Assembly (NCBI GenBank): GCA_001949185.1
Contig: BDGG01000001.1
Span: 5,571,527 to 5,635,526 of the forward strand
Direction of reading: 5' to 3'
From: Ramazzottius varieornatus
Taxonomy: Eukaryota > Animalia > Tardigrada
Length of the DNA stretch: 64,000 nucleotides
Every line of letters begins with the position of its first letter. Position 1 is the stretch's first letter. The position numbers were made by a program, and so were the translations under genes. Under the pieces are notes generated by a model. The model worked only from the letters and a program-made list of their open reading frames with translations. It had not been told where the DNA came from and made no database searches. This document shows positions 11,237 through 23,729 of this stretch, one piece after another.

Positions 11237-14200
11237 ATGGTGGAGGGATGCACTATGTTGGGTAGTGGACAATGGACACCCGGCGCCTTGCTCGTACTCG
11301 TAATCTTCCTGTGGATTTCCATATGTTGTTACTGCGCACCGATTCGGACCGAGTACCAAGCCTCCGTGAGTTTGGGTTCTCTGGGCCATTGTCAATGTTA
11401 AGGTCGATATGAAAATAACTTGTTATCTCAAGTATCGTCATTGTGTTACAGCAATACCTGACACGGTATGGATACCTGAAGCCTGTCACCGTGCAAGGAG
11501 GCGCACAAGCTTTTTACTCCTACACAAGCATCGTCGAGGCCTTGAGAACCTTTCAGAGGTTCGCTGGACTCGCTCAGACAGGTCAGTACTTTTACTGAGG
11601 CTTTCCACTGCGTGACCAAACCACTCAACAAGATATACAGTGTGGCCATGCCAACTTTCTACAACTTTTTCGAAAAATTCGTTCGAGATACAAAATGATC
11701 GCTGTAGTTTTTCTCCATCACTGTCCGATAGCTGGTGCTATCTTCTTTCAGAACACAACAAAACATCCCTATTCTGATTTCGGTACTTAAACTTACCACT
11801 GGAGAAGTCAGAGGACAGAACTCTAAAGCGGCGCACGAACTGATTTTTTGAATTAATGAGCAAAAGTACTTTTGTTTTTTCCAATTTCGTTCACCATTTG
11901 GGATAAAAACGCTCAAGCAGGATGATAAAGCATCTAAAATCGCTTTGAATTCAAGACGAACCCAGACCAAAATTCTGAATAAATTGGGTTTTCCGGCTGT
12001 ATTTCATTTTCCACAATTTGTGGTTTCGGTCATTTTTGTTCAATAGTTGCGACTGGCATGCTTTAAATATCGGTAGCAAATCAAACTTTTTCCGACAGGC
12101 GAGATGGACGAAGCGACAATACAGGTCATGAACTTGCCTAGGTGTGGCGTGCCAGATATCCTTTCCCACAATGCGTCTGCCGAGGGAACCAACTCATCAA
12201 GCAGTCACTCTAACCATCGCGTCAAACGTTTCTCGTTACAAGGCAGCAAATGGAGCACCACAGGTCAGCGAACGACCCATGTTCTTAGTTGAGTTGGTAT
12301 AAAATGATGGTCTTTCTTTTCCAGATTTGAGTTATAATATTGCACGATATACGCAGGATCTCAGCAAGCAAATGATCGACACCGAAATTGGTCGTGCCTT
12401 CAAAGTATGGAGCGAATTTACTCCGCTAACTTTCTCACATAAACGAGCGGGTCCCGTTCACATCGAACTACTCTTCGCTACCGGCGACCATGGAGATGGC
12501 CAACCTTTCGATGGGCAAGGAAAAACTCTTGCCCATGCGTTCTTCCCCCAATTTGGTGGTAAGAAAATCTTTCCTCATCTGATCGCAAATGCAGCTGGTA
12601 CCGCAGCAAGAATTTTTTCATTGTCAAGGGGATGTCCACTTTGACGATGACGAAGGATGGACACTCAGCTCCTACTCAGGTGATGATCCGACACGTAAGG
12701 ACTTCGAGATTTTTTATCTTGGCGTGCCAGGAATGATTGTGCGATTAGTAATGTTTTTTTTTGCATTAAGATGAACCTTCCAACGGAATGGCACCTCTAG
12801 CAAAACAGTCCCTACTAACTACGTGTTTCGCAGAGGCTATAAAAACACCACAGATAGTATAGAAGGATGTTTGCCTTCTTCTTCTATACATGGGGATTCA
12901 CAGTCGAATCTGCCGTGTGTAAAAAGATATGAATTTTGAAACCTGAAAATTTCAAAAATTCGTACCCGTTCTAGCTAGCATTCTGAAAGAATCAGTGTAC
13001 GGTAGGCTTCTTTGTCATTAACGGTGCGTGCTTTAATTTCTGCGCGTTCCATACCAAGCCGCCACGTTGGAATAGACATGATTACGACGGTCGTTTGTTT
13101 TTGTTTGAATGACCACTCGCTGAATCGTTAAATCATGCAGCAATGCCACAAGTCTATCGTGAGGACGGTAGAGGGCATTTAATGTCGGTCGTGTCCCTTT
13201 TCTGGCAACTCGCCAAACTCATGTCCATTAAAAAATTGATATCTGCATTTTATGTTAGGCAAATTGACTTGTAACGACGCGACCATCCGTTAGAGACGTT
13301 AAAGTAGCCATACCATTTTTTTGAACTGGGAGTTTGGCCATAACTGTCCATCCATTATTGGTAGCATTGATGGGGGTGAAGCTGGATCTGGAATCTTATC
13401 GTGTAACTTGTTTTGAAGGCGTGAATCTACTGCAAACGGCAGCTCATGAAATTGGGTAAGCGCTAAAGACTGCGCTAGTATCAAATGCTACTAATGTCCG
13501 CTGTTCTGTTTTGAAACTAACACTTCCTTGTTTCACTAGCCATGCGCTTGGCTTAGAGCATTCGGAGGTCCATGGAGCACTGATGGCTCCGTTTTACCGT
13601 GGATTCAAACCCACACTGCATCTCGCTGAAGACGATATCGCCGCCATACAAGCGCTATATGGGGACATGCCGACCAAAAAGAACAAGAAGCACATTCATG
13701 CAGAGACGGCTGTCAGCCCAGCTCCGACTTCCGGCAATGCTTGGCCTAACAGCGGACCAGCACCACCGCGAGCGCCATCTGCACGTCGTGGACCCGAAGA
13801 GAACAATCCTTACAATTCAAAGCCGCATCCCGGCTTGATGGCTTCCTCTCCGCACTTTCCTAACGATCCTGATATTTTCAATGCGGTACTGAATCCCGGC
13901 TTTCCCATATGGCCCGAGTTGTGGGACGCTCCGGTACTCAGTCCTGATCCGGGGTACACAGCCAACGGCCTACCGGATATCTGCGCGCTGGACAAGATCG
14001 ACGCTGTCACAATGAACACTGCTGGTGAAACTTTCATTTTCCGCGGTAAGCAGTCCATTCTCTTCTTGCGCTCAGTCGAACGGCGCACGGCTCATTCGTG
14101 TGCTCGTGGACTTGCAGGGGAATATTATTGGAAACTGGCAGACACGGAGGTTGTTCTTGGATATCCGCGGCGCATTTCTGACGGATGGGGAGGGATACCT

Positions 14201-15287
14201 TCCAACATTGATGCAGCGCTATCGTGGAGCGACGGGAAAATTTATTTCTTCAAAGTAACTTTTTTTACACTGGGAAAATATCAAAGTTGCCACAAGTAAC
14301 GCCCAGTCCTGTTTACAGGGGAGCTACTACTGGAGATGGCGCGACAACGCGATCGACCCAGGCTATCCTAAACAAATTCGTCATGGCTTCGCCGGTATAC
14401 CGGACAACCTGGATGCTGCGTTTGTCTGGGGCGGAAATGAGATGACATATTTCATTAAAGGTACAGGAGGAGTAAGCATGTGTGACCCAGTGAGGAAATG
14501 TGTGACCCAGTAGTCTCAGACGGCGCGACATGTTTCAAGTATGCATTACGTTAGCAGAAACACTTTTTATGTAAGATAGACAACACTGTAATTCGTTACG
14601 TCATAGGCTTTATTTCAATTACGAGTGTCTCATGCTTTTCTATGGATGCGCCGTCTGAGACTACTGGGTCACACATTTCCTCACNNNNNNNNNNNNNNNN
14701 NNNNNNNNNNNNNNNNNNNNNNNNNNNNNNNNNNNNNNNNNNNNNNNNNNNNNNNNNNNNNNNNNNNNNNNNNNNNNNNNNNNNNNNNNNNNNNNNNNNN
14801 NNNNNNNNNNNNNNNNNNNNNNNNNNNNNNNNNNNNNNNNNNCTTCCTCCTCCTGTACGGATAGTCCAAGCTAGCTTAGTTCAGTCAGTCGACAATGCAC
14901 GGGGAATAATCTGCCGCTTTTACAGGTGACAAATATTGGCGGTACGATCGCCTATCAAAGCCACCAGTAGCCTCATCTTATCCTCGCCCATTATCGGTAT
15001 GGAAAGGCCTACCCAAGAAGATCGAGGCGGCATTCCAGTGGAAGAACCACAAGACCTATTTTTTTACCGGTAGCTCGTACTATCGTTTCGATGATCGGGA
15101 GTTTCGTACGGAGAGCTCCTATCCTCGCGCCACAAACCTTTGGTGGTTCGGTTGTGGGTCTGTCAAGTCTTTGCGGTTGACCGCCAACGAAAGTGCCCGC
15201 ATGGTTGCAGCGCATGACGATCATTCGGTTCGAAAAGTCTCTGGTTCTCTTGTGCATTTTGACGATGCTTGGCATAACGGCAAATAA
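11237..15287 (+). CDS. Matrix metalloproteinase (M10A, invertebrate Mmp1-like) with hemopexin domain; about 10 exons
   Basis: Signal peptide exon (11237-11365), QYLTRYGYL propeptide, cysteine switch PRCGVPD, furin site RVKR, LAHAFFP, zinc motif split by an intron AAHEIG|HALGLEHS, Met-turn ALMAP, Pro-rich hinge, and hemopexin repeats ending WWFGC. Confidence 0.93.
14490..14684. repeat. Small inverted-repeat element in an MMP intron, next to an N gap
   Basis: GTGAGGAAATGTGTGACCCAGTAGTCTCAGACGGCGC at about 14490 and its reverse complement ending at 14684. Confidence 0.65.
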
Positions 15288-16873
15288 ACGAAGACTTGCA
15301 TACAGTACAACTCGTGATGGGCAGCGCTCGACAAGTGTGTCAGTTGTCCATGTCCGCTCTAAACTGGGGCAGGCTGAATAGAGAGCCAGTCATCTGAGCC
15401 GGGCACTGCTGCACGAAATGGAAAGGGTGTTCCTTTGGTCTTTATTCTGTAATCAAGTTGGTCAGATATGTAGCGCAGCAGGTTTTGAACACGCAGTTTG
15501 CCTAATTATAGGCCGAGACATGATCCCCATGCTTGTCAAGCATCTGAATCTAGTGGCGTTCATCGGAGGGTAATTCATGTATTGTACACTTCACGGGACA
15601 CCAGCAAAAATTCGTCGAAGTTGACGTTGATATCCTCACCATCTTCAGCTTAAAGACGTAATCATGACGTTCAATTCATCTCCTCATATCTAAAGTGAAA
15701 AGAACGTCGGCTTTTGCAGTTCTCGCAAGCAAGGTAAGCAAGTTTGTGCTTTGGTCGGAGTCATACGTACAATGTCGAAAGTTCCTCCCAGCCCGTGATC
15801 AAAATTGATTGGTTTAGCGTGCCTGCACAAGTTCACTATAACTGCAGTAATGTTTCCACAACTGCTAATCAAATACGATCACGGGAGGGGAACTTTCGAC
15901 AGACATTGTACTAGTTCGAAACGTTCGTACCGTACGCCGCTCTGGCCGTAAAAACCTTGAGCTTACAGGCTTAAAGGGCCAGCGGTTGTAATAATGAAAT
16001 CCATTAAAATTGTGGACCCGTTTTTGACTGGCTATTCAAAACATGACGTGTTAGCACGCCTGATGCCTGTGTTGGGTGACGTACAGAAGAGCTCGTATCA
16101 TATCGTTTGATCGCTCCGACTGATACATGCTCGTAATGTTTGGATTAGTGCCTGGAAGAGCTTCCCATACTGCCGTAAAGTGCTGACCCACACGGCAGTC
16201 TTGCAAGCTGTTCCGACTATCGGGAAGAAACATAAACCGCTGACTTGAGTCAGGAGAACTCGACGCAAAATCTGACGAACAAGTTAAGAGGTGCCGAAGT
16301 CTACCGTTGACTGGACGCAGGCCAGAAAAATATTACGCCCTGAGGCATTTCTCTTTTTCTGACACGTTACCATAAGCTCCGCGTACAGCTCAACAAGTGT
16401 CCACGGCGAAAAACAATGCGTACTTTGTGGTATACGTCCATCTGGGTTCGTTTGCACGGAAATGTAGGCCCGCGTACAGCACTGATCAAAAACGGCCAAA
16501 AAACGCGTTCTCGAGCTCTCCGTACTCTAGATTTGAGACATGTACAACCCCTATAATCAGAGTCCATATAGATCTTGCATAGTCCCGCAGCATTGATTGC
16601 CCGAACGGTTAAAACGGCAAAGCTTTAAGGGAAACTTCGACAAAGCTTTGCCGCAACAAGACGACACAAGAGTGCTTATTGGTTCAGACGCGTACGCGTC
16701 TCCGCCCAGTAGTTGTAAGGTGGTGCGTGTCAACTGTGGTAACTTACAATGAGATATAACAAGCACATGCGAACACCACTGGCACGAGTCAACTGGTACT
16801 AGTATGTCGGACTCCGGTTTAGTTGAACACCATACTGTTACCTTGTTGGGGGTTTGAGTTTCGTTTACCGTTT

Positions 16874-17146
16874 TGTAAAGCCTCCCACTGGCTTAACAAG
16901 AACCCTACAAGGTCGGTCAATGAAGAAGGAATTAGGATCAAAAGAGAACTGATTGGGGAGAGTTTTCTTTATCAGTAATGCTAGGTCTCAAGAGAAGGAA
17001 AGGAAAAAAGGAGTCCCGACTGTCACTGACCAGTCGGTTTATATACTTTGACAGCGAAGCAGAAGGAAAGAGAAAGTTCTAGAAGTACGTGAATTGTTCG
17101 TGCTGATTCAGCACGAGTGCTTCATTGCCGAGGTAAGCTCTTTACA
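16874..17146 (-). repeat. 3' LTR (273 bp)
   Basis: TG...CA ends with 7-bp terminal inverted repeat. TATATAAA on the minus strand near 17038-17045. Short purine-rich tract GCGAGGAGG just inside. Confidence 0.95.
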
Positions 17147-17495
17147 GAGCCTCCTCGCTGATCCTACGCGTCCTCGCGTAGTGCTCCATCGACCTGTTAT
17201 TCTCAAGTATTTCCTTGTTGGCTGCGGTTTGGCCTTCGGTCGATATTGGGTTGTCTTGAGTGTGGACGATTTAATGGCCCACTTGCGTGAAGTGGTTGTG
17301 GGTGTTTGCGGTTTTTCGATTTGGCTTGCGGTCAATGTGCAGATGGCTTGAGCTTGGACTGCGGAATTGCTCATTCGTGTGAAGTGGCTTGCGGACTTGC
17401 CGTTTCTCGATATAAATGCTCCGTGCTGTTATCACTGTCATTCAGTTGGTATTGCTTTGGATGTGTTATGGATATCGATTCGGAGGTGGAATGTG

Positions 17496-18008
17496 TCAGC
17501 GACGGGGAACACGAGGAGGATGATCAACTTGAGCGCGAGGAGGTCCGACCCTCTGGATATATAAGTTTCCGGGCCATTTTCTGCTTGTTTCCTTTCGTCG
17601 TAAGTTCAGGATTGCTGCGTTGTAAACTGGCAGCATTGTTGGCATTGGATCGGACACGCTTTTCCAGCCGGACGGCGCGGTTGTTGTGTACCGTACCCGA
17701 GACTTTGGTGTGACACTACGACTGAGTAGGCGAATGGAAGTCGAAAACATGGAACGGCGGGCAACGCAACGAGAGGCACTATATGCGGTAGCCCGTGACG
17801 CTGTTCGTTGCGTGAGTGATTTGGAGTCCAATTCGCTGTATCTGAATGGTAATGTTATGATGGCCTGTGGATGAGCTTTCTTGTTTTCTTCAGGTACCCA
17901 TGCATTCTGGTTCCCTTGGTTTTCCATCGTAGGAGTTCTTTCCGGCGTAATGTCGGGTGCTTGGTGCGTTTCCCTTGACGGAGCTAGGCATGTTGAAACT
18001 TCTGCCAT
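17496..18008 (-). CDS. Possible third accessory ORF of the LTR element (170 aa)
   Basis: Long sense-strand ORF before the 3' LTR; no recognised motif. Confidence 0.3.
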   Translation of the reverse strand: MAEVSTCLAPSRETHQAPDITPERTPTMENQGNQNAWVPEENKKAHPQAIITLPFRYSELDSKSLTQRTASRATAYSASRCVARRSMFSTSIRLLSRSVTPKSRVRYTTTAPSGWKSVSDPMPTMLPVYNAAILNLRRKETSRKWPGNLYIQRVGPPRAQVDHPPRVPRR

Positions 18009-18866
18009 GTCGTCTGGAGGGAAGGGCGGTGAATTACTTGAATGCCTAATCTGACATCATGCCGTTCAATTTCGTGGGTTTGTCTGATGTGCTTGCGGTC
18101 AAGCCTGGTGATCCAGTTCATTTCCGGTACTGGTACGAGCACTTCTGGGAGGTAGTGGAGGCAGGCTTCTTGTTGGATCTACATGGCGCTTGGTCTGGGG
18201 AATGTCTGCAGCTCTGCATGGACCGGGACGACGTGGAGCGATGTATGGATTATCTTGACGGACCTCCGGATTGGATGGATTTGGGGCCTTTCATGGACAT
18301 GATTGGCAGCTTTGATGAGCAAGGAATGCTGGTAAACAATTAATTTGTTCGAGTACTAACGGGAACGTTTTTGACTAAATCGTCCTGTTAGCACGAGGAA
18401 TAAAATGGTTTTGAAGTGTATCTGTAGAGCGAATTTTAGCGTCGGAAGACAGAAAAACGGTGAAGGAACAGAACAAATAGTATCTTATTTCTTACAGCGG
18501 CGTACATACACAACTGTAGTACACGGACAAACGGCTGCAGTAGAGGAAGAAACTACCGCAAAGGAGGAAGAAACTACTGAAGGACAGGTACAGAGCACCC
18601 TTTTCCCGGAAAAGTTTCCTCGGACATTCTTTTTTTTCTTCTGAACATTTTCATTTGCAACATCCCGTAACCAATCTTTTCTTGTTGCGTATTTTCCGAT
18701 ATTTTTTCGAACTGTTCGTTTTCTTTTCACCGTAATTAATTTCTTTTTTTAAAATAAGGACAGACACAACAAATTACAACTGCGATACAATACAATACAC
18801 GTTACAATAGCGTAAGCTGATTCGAGCGCACACTCACCACTCTCCCTTGGTGAGTGGCGCGTCGGG

Positions 18867-19349
18867 CTAGTAGTCCGACTCTCGCGTCGCCTCTGCGATG
18901 TTGACATCAGTCTCCTCTTCGGAGAAGCCGTACTGGGACAGGTCTCCCAGCCGGTCTTGGTCAAACATGATAAAATATTGGATGCACTTCAACTGGAGGA
19001 TTGACCCTTTGATGAATGGGGTGTTCTGGCAGTAGTCAGCATACATTGTCTTGACTAGCTGGATGGTAACTCGACGTGAATTCATCCTTGTAGCCAAGGG
19101 AGATGGTGCGTGAAGCAGGTGTTGTTCCTCGTAGTTGTACAAAGGATTACACGCTTTGAATAGAGGGCTTCGAGGCTGAACAGGAGGTACTTCTCTAGTG
19201 ATGCGTTTTTGAGGGGCATCCAGAGACTGATCAAGTTTTCTCCAAGCTAGGAGAGTTGAGATGGTCTTACGGTTTCGCGGGTCGCGCACGAACTGGCTAA
19301 CCTCGGGACGTTCCCGGCGTGGGGTCACTTGTGTGGTGGCATTTGGCAT
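18867..19349 (-). CDS. Second accessory ORF of the LTR element (about 160 aa); unknown function
   Basis: Open from MPNATTQ to ...EATRESDY* with protein-like composition; no recognised motif. Confidence 0.4.
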   Translation of the reverse strand: MPNATTQVTPRRERPEVSQFVRDPRNRKTISTLLAWRKLDQSLDAPQKRITREVPPVQPRSPLFKACNPLYNYEEQHLLHAPSPLATRMNSRRVTIQLVKTMYADYCQNTPFIKGSILQLKCIQYFIMFDQDRLGDLSQYGFSEEETDVNIAEATRESDY

Positions 19350-19669
19350 GCCTGCCAGAACTATAGCGACAGCCAAGAGGAGCAGGGATGAATGAATGTC
19401 GGTAGTGTGATATGATATGCCCAGTTGGTGAGATATCAAGAAGACTGTGCGATAGGAGGTTATAATCCAATGAGCCAGGAGAACTCCAGAATGAGAAAGG
19501 ACGACTGTGGTATAAGTAGAGAAAACACAGGTTCCTTGATGCCGCGGTAAGCAAAATAATAGATTTGCAGACGATGTAGAACGTGAGGTACATCGAAGTA
19601 TTTTCAACCAAAAACTGCGTCGGTCGGCACAAACGGGGAAGGGCAATCAGGTAATAAGTCTGAAGTGTG

Positions 19670-20460
19670 TTATTTTTTTTGAATTTTGAGATTTGATGAC
19701 GTCGTGCTCGTCAAAAAGAAACATGTGATGCTGGGTATAAGTGACTATCAGGCCGTAGTCGGTAAGGGAAAGATAAAGGATAGATGATTGACTGCCGGTT
19801 CGTCGGTTAGCGATGTAAACCGGCCATCGGACAGGCAGCTCAGAGCAACTGAAGGAGCTCCTCAGGCATGTCGAATGCCGTGAAGAACTCAGCGCATAGG
19901 TCGTGCCATTCAGGCACCATCGTCTCTCGTGGTTAAATGATGAGACAGGGTAGAAGGTACGTGTTGATGGCCATAGCTTTGACTAGCTGTTGGCCTCGGC
20001 GAATTATGTGCGCCGGTCGCGCGTACTGAAGTAAATGGTGGTAACGCTCGGTGTAGTTGGTACTAGGGTCTAGATCAAGGTGGCATCTGTACTGTCTGAA
20101 GGTAGTGGAGCTGAAATTAAATTGATCCAGTGCTTCAGGAAGCCGTGCCAACATGAGGATAGGCATCGCTTCCGGATAGACCACGTTGGTGACTGTACCG
20201 TCACAGAAGTAGTTGATGATGCTTGGAATGGTGCGGAACAGCTGGGCTTGACCCTCAGTGTGGAAGATCGGAGCGTAGATGTCATACAGTGCCGTCATCC
20301 ACGTGTTAGTGGTGGCGATGTCTTGGTGGTAGAGTATGCAGTACTGACGGTACATCGGTATCTGCAACAGCAACATTTCGGAAATGGGTTGTTTCGCGAA
20401 AGACTGAGTCGGTCGGAAACTAGCGCACGCATCGGTGGGATAGCCGAAAAGGTAAACCAT
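19670..20460 (-). pseudogene. Accessory ORF downstream of env (about 260-270 aa if two in-frame stops are ignored); unknown function
   Basis: The 175-aa ORF continues in the same frame past TAA and TGA: PRETMVPEWHDLCAEFFTAFDMPEELLQLL*AACPMAVY... Confidence 0.55.
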
Positions 20461-20529
20461 TAGGAGGGTGAGTAGTAGTTGTCGGGGTGGGATGCCGGGG
20501 TTGGTTGATCGTTCGGCAGTCGTTGATTG

Positions 20530-23240
20530 TCATTTTTTTAGCTTTTTGACAACCTCGGTAACCTCTTCGTTTAATTCATTGATTTGCTTCCTTGCTGGCT
20601 TCATCGGCGCAACATTCGGTGGCGCTGTCGGTGGTACCCCGTAGGATTTGTTGTTGATGGTGACTGGTGGTGGCCTGGTGAGGTTTTCTAAGGCGTTGTC
20701 GTTCGCAGAGTTTTCCAGCCACCGCATTCGACTAAAATCAGGCCTACGATGACAATCGGAGCGAACACAAAGAGAACTATGTAGACGTTTCTGAGAGAAG
20801 ACACGAATCTCTCGATTGCTCCTGAAACCCCTTCGCAAACTTCTGCGACAGTGTTGGTCTGTTCGCTACCCTGTCGCTGAGCGTGAATCACTGTGTCAAT
20901 CAGGGAAGGGCTTCCGGAATTCTCCATGACTGCTGATAGCTCGCCAAAGTAGCTGCAATCAGATGGCTCGTGCCAATGGGCCAACGACTGCATTGCAGTC
21001 GAGTCAGCCGCCATCTTGTACATGGCTGCCGAGTGATCATGGCCAATGGATATCGTTTGTTTGGCCTTCTGTCAGTCATGAGCATCTTCTTTCCATTACA
21101 TTATTTGATCGCCAATTGTCGTAAAGAGGCCACCGTGTAGGCAGGGAACGATGGGATTGATCAGAGTGTAGCCATCAAGACTTAGAGAGGAGTTGAGGAC
21201 GAACGGCTCCATTCCACACTTGGTCTTCTTAGCACTGAAATCTGTGGTTACTTTCTGACACTGGTACAAAAGGGCTTGTGACGTCCCGTGTGCCGTGATA
21301 GAATGGCAATCGTTTAGCCCGATTAGTTTTGCGGCACGGACCCCTAACTGCTTCGCCATCATGGACAGGAGGGCTGCTTTGTTGAGGCGGGATTGACAGT
21401 CCAAGTTGTGGACTTCATTATTCAGAATGTTGAAAATCTGGACTTGGTTATCGCGTAAGTACTGTAGGTGTGATATCAGGAACTTTTGGGAAGATCACCA
21501 GAGGCTGCATACGGGAATACTTCCTACACGTCGGTATCGCTTGACTGGCGTAGTCGGTTCAGAAAGCCGACCTTTCTTTGTGCTCGCAATCCGGATTTTG
21601 ACTGCTGATAAGCTGGCTGAATAAACGGTGGCTGAATCTGTGATAATACCAAGGGTAGAGCTACGGGTGACTCAGGCTTGGTGGGATGAATATAGGCTCG
21701 TGTTGCGGTGGTAGTACTTGCATCTGCTTTGGTGCTTGCATGTAACGAGGGCCGTCGTGGAAGCTTTGATGACCGCGAGCGGATTTGCTGATTCTGTTAC
21801 CGTCAGGGTCATACTGTCTTCGGACATCCGCCCGGAACTGGTTTTCAGTCTCGAGGTTGTCCTGCTCTTTTCGCAGCTGCTCCTGAAGGAGCCTTTCATC
21901 TTCCGTTCGAGTCCATTACATTTGCAGTCGGTGTTGCTCTAACCGGTCTTCGTACTCGGTTAGTTGTTCAGGAGTCGGGTGTTGCATGTTCGGAGGCTGA
22001 GGTGTCGCCTCTTGGTATTGAGCGGGTCTTGACTCTATTCGCTCATTTGGTGGCGTTTGCGACAATGTCTGTGGTGGCGGTCGCTGTGGCAGGTCGACAG
22101 GGACCGGCACTGGTTGCGAAGTACTGGTAATGTTGTTTGGTCGTTGGTTTATGACTTGCTCCGTCGTTACGTTGATAATCGGTGGCATGACCATTTCAGG
22201 CATGACTCGTCTGGATTCGGAAATTTTGGTGGGGGTGCCTCCTCGCTATTTTCTGAGTTGCCTCCGTTGAGCCTCTAGTCGTAGTTCGTACGGAGACTTG
22301 GGTTCAACCCATCTTGGACGGGAGGTTGGTTTTGTGCGAGGCTGTTGGGCTTGACGTTTGTATCGACTTGCGACCAGATCTAGAACGTCATCGTGCTCTT
22401 CTGATGTGTAGGTGAAGTTGAGGACGTCGGAAAATCCTTTGACGACGTAATGCATGTCGACGAGCGTAGTACAGTTAGTTTGCTGAGCTTGTTCAAATAG
22501 GATAAATTCAACTTGCTTAGTAGGGTCCCGTAGACGAGGACGGGTCTTTTCGAGTTTTCACATAGTACCAGAACCGTTGGCGACAAGCTGGTACTCGCAT
22601 TCTTTCTTTTTGGGCGATTGGTCAATCGCGTTCCATATCACGGTCATGTGATTCTTGCTCGCATAACCTTTGTTGCGGTCGGCACCGAGCTCACCCAAAA
22701 ACGAGATGATGGGGTCTTTCGGACCGTTCTGAGTGAGGACTGTATGTAGGTCAACAAGACAGTTCCAAACAGAGTTCTTCGAAGTGGTCATCCATGAGTA
22801 TTCACGGGAAGGCGGCCTGGTAAAGGCGTACGTCTCGGAATTTGGTAAGCGAACCATAGGGTTCCCGTTGCAGGAAAGCGTTTGAGCCATTCGCTTACAG
22901 CCTGTATCAGAGAAATCGACTGGGCCGGACGAAGGTATCGTATCTGTGGCACCCCAGAAGGATTTGTAGGTTTCAATGTGTTGCAGCGTAGCTTTGCAGG
23001 TTGTTCCGATAAAGTGCTGGGCATCCTTTTTCGTGGCGTGGATGGAATAGTTGACATCCCGTGGCTTGGGCTCTGGCGCCAGCTTTTCACATGTAGTATA
23101 GGTGGCCAAATCCAGAAGGCCCAAAAACTGTTGATTTTTGCAATTGCAGATGTCTGCCTGAATAGCAAAGGCCGTAGGCAGCAGGATGAAACAGATTACG
23201 AATGTGAGCCAAGCAAGGAGGTGGTGCATGGCATTCATAT
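20530..23240 (-). pseudogene. env: env-like type I membrane glycoprotein, class III fusogen-like (about 900 aa, fragmented)
   Basis: Signal peptide MHHLLAWLTFVICFILLPTAFA, Cys-rich ectodomain with FWG and YSW putative fusion loops, furin-like RYKR, central helix ending LDCQ, and TM segment VYIVLFVFAPIVIVGLILV. Confidence 0.78.
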
Positions 23241-23729
23241 GGCGTGGTGGTTTTGTACGGGTTGATCGGCGAACCCTTGCAGCCGACTGGGTTTGGTCCT
23301 GGAGGTCCTCGTCGGACTTTGAGATGCTGTCAGCGCTAAGGCCCGATAACATTCGGTTTCCGCGTTATTTCTTGGTGTTTAGTACCTTGACCGCCTTGAC
23401 CAAAGACGTCGTTTGCGGATGAGTTCCCTGTCCGGATAAGCTTGGACTGTTCTCCCGCTCAGAGTTGGGAGGGTTTGCCAGATTAGAAACGCTGCGGTAC
23501 TTGCGTAGGACGGGAGGGTCTTCAAGTGCCTCCAACCTAGGTCGAGGCTTTGCTTCCCGAGTGGTGGCTGCTTGCGGTGCTACCTGCCTGCGGTGCTACC
23601 AGGCGGGAACCGGGAATCGTGAGAGGGGGCGGCATGGCCTTGGATGCGATATTCAACCTTTTTGGTGGGGTACGAACCCGTGGGTTGTCCATGCTGGACT
23701 TCGGAAGTATCTCGTCGGTTGTGGACTTG

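Noticed and set aside
14625-14929. ORFs spanning the N gap (also 46719-47139)
   Set aside because: Artefacts of undetermined bases.
18059-18343. 94-aa acidic antisense ORF inside the LTR element
   Set aside because: The opposite strand reads equally coding-like; no independent support for either.
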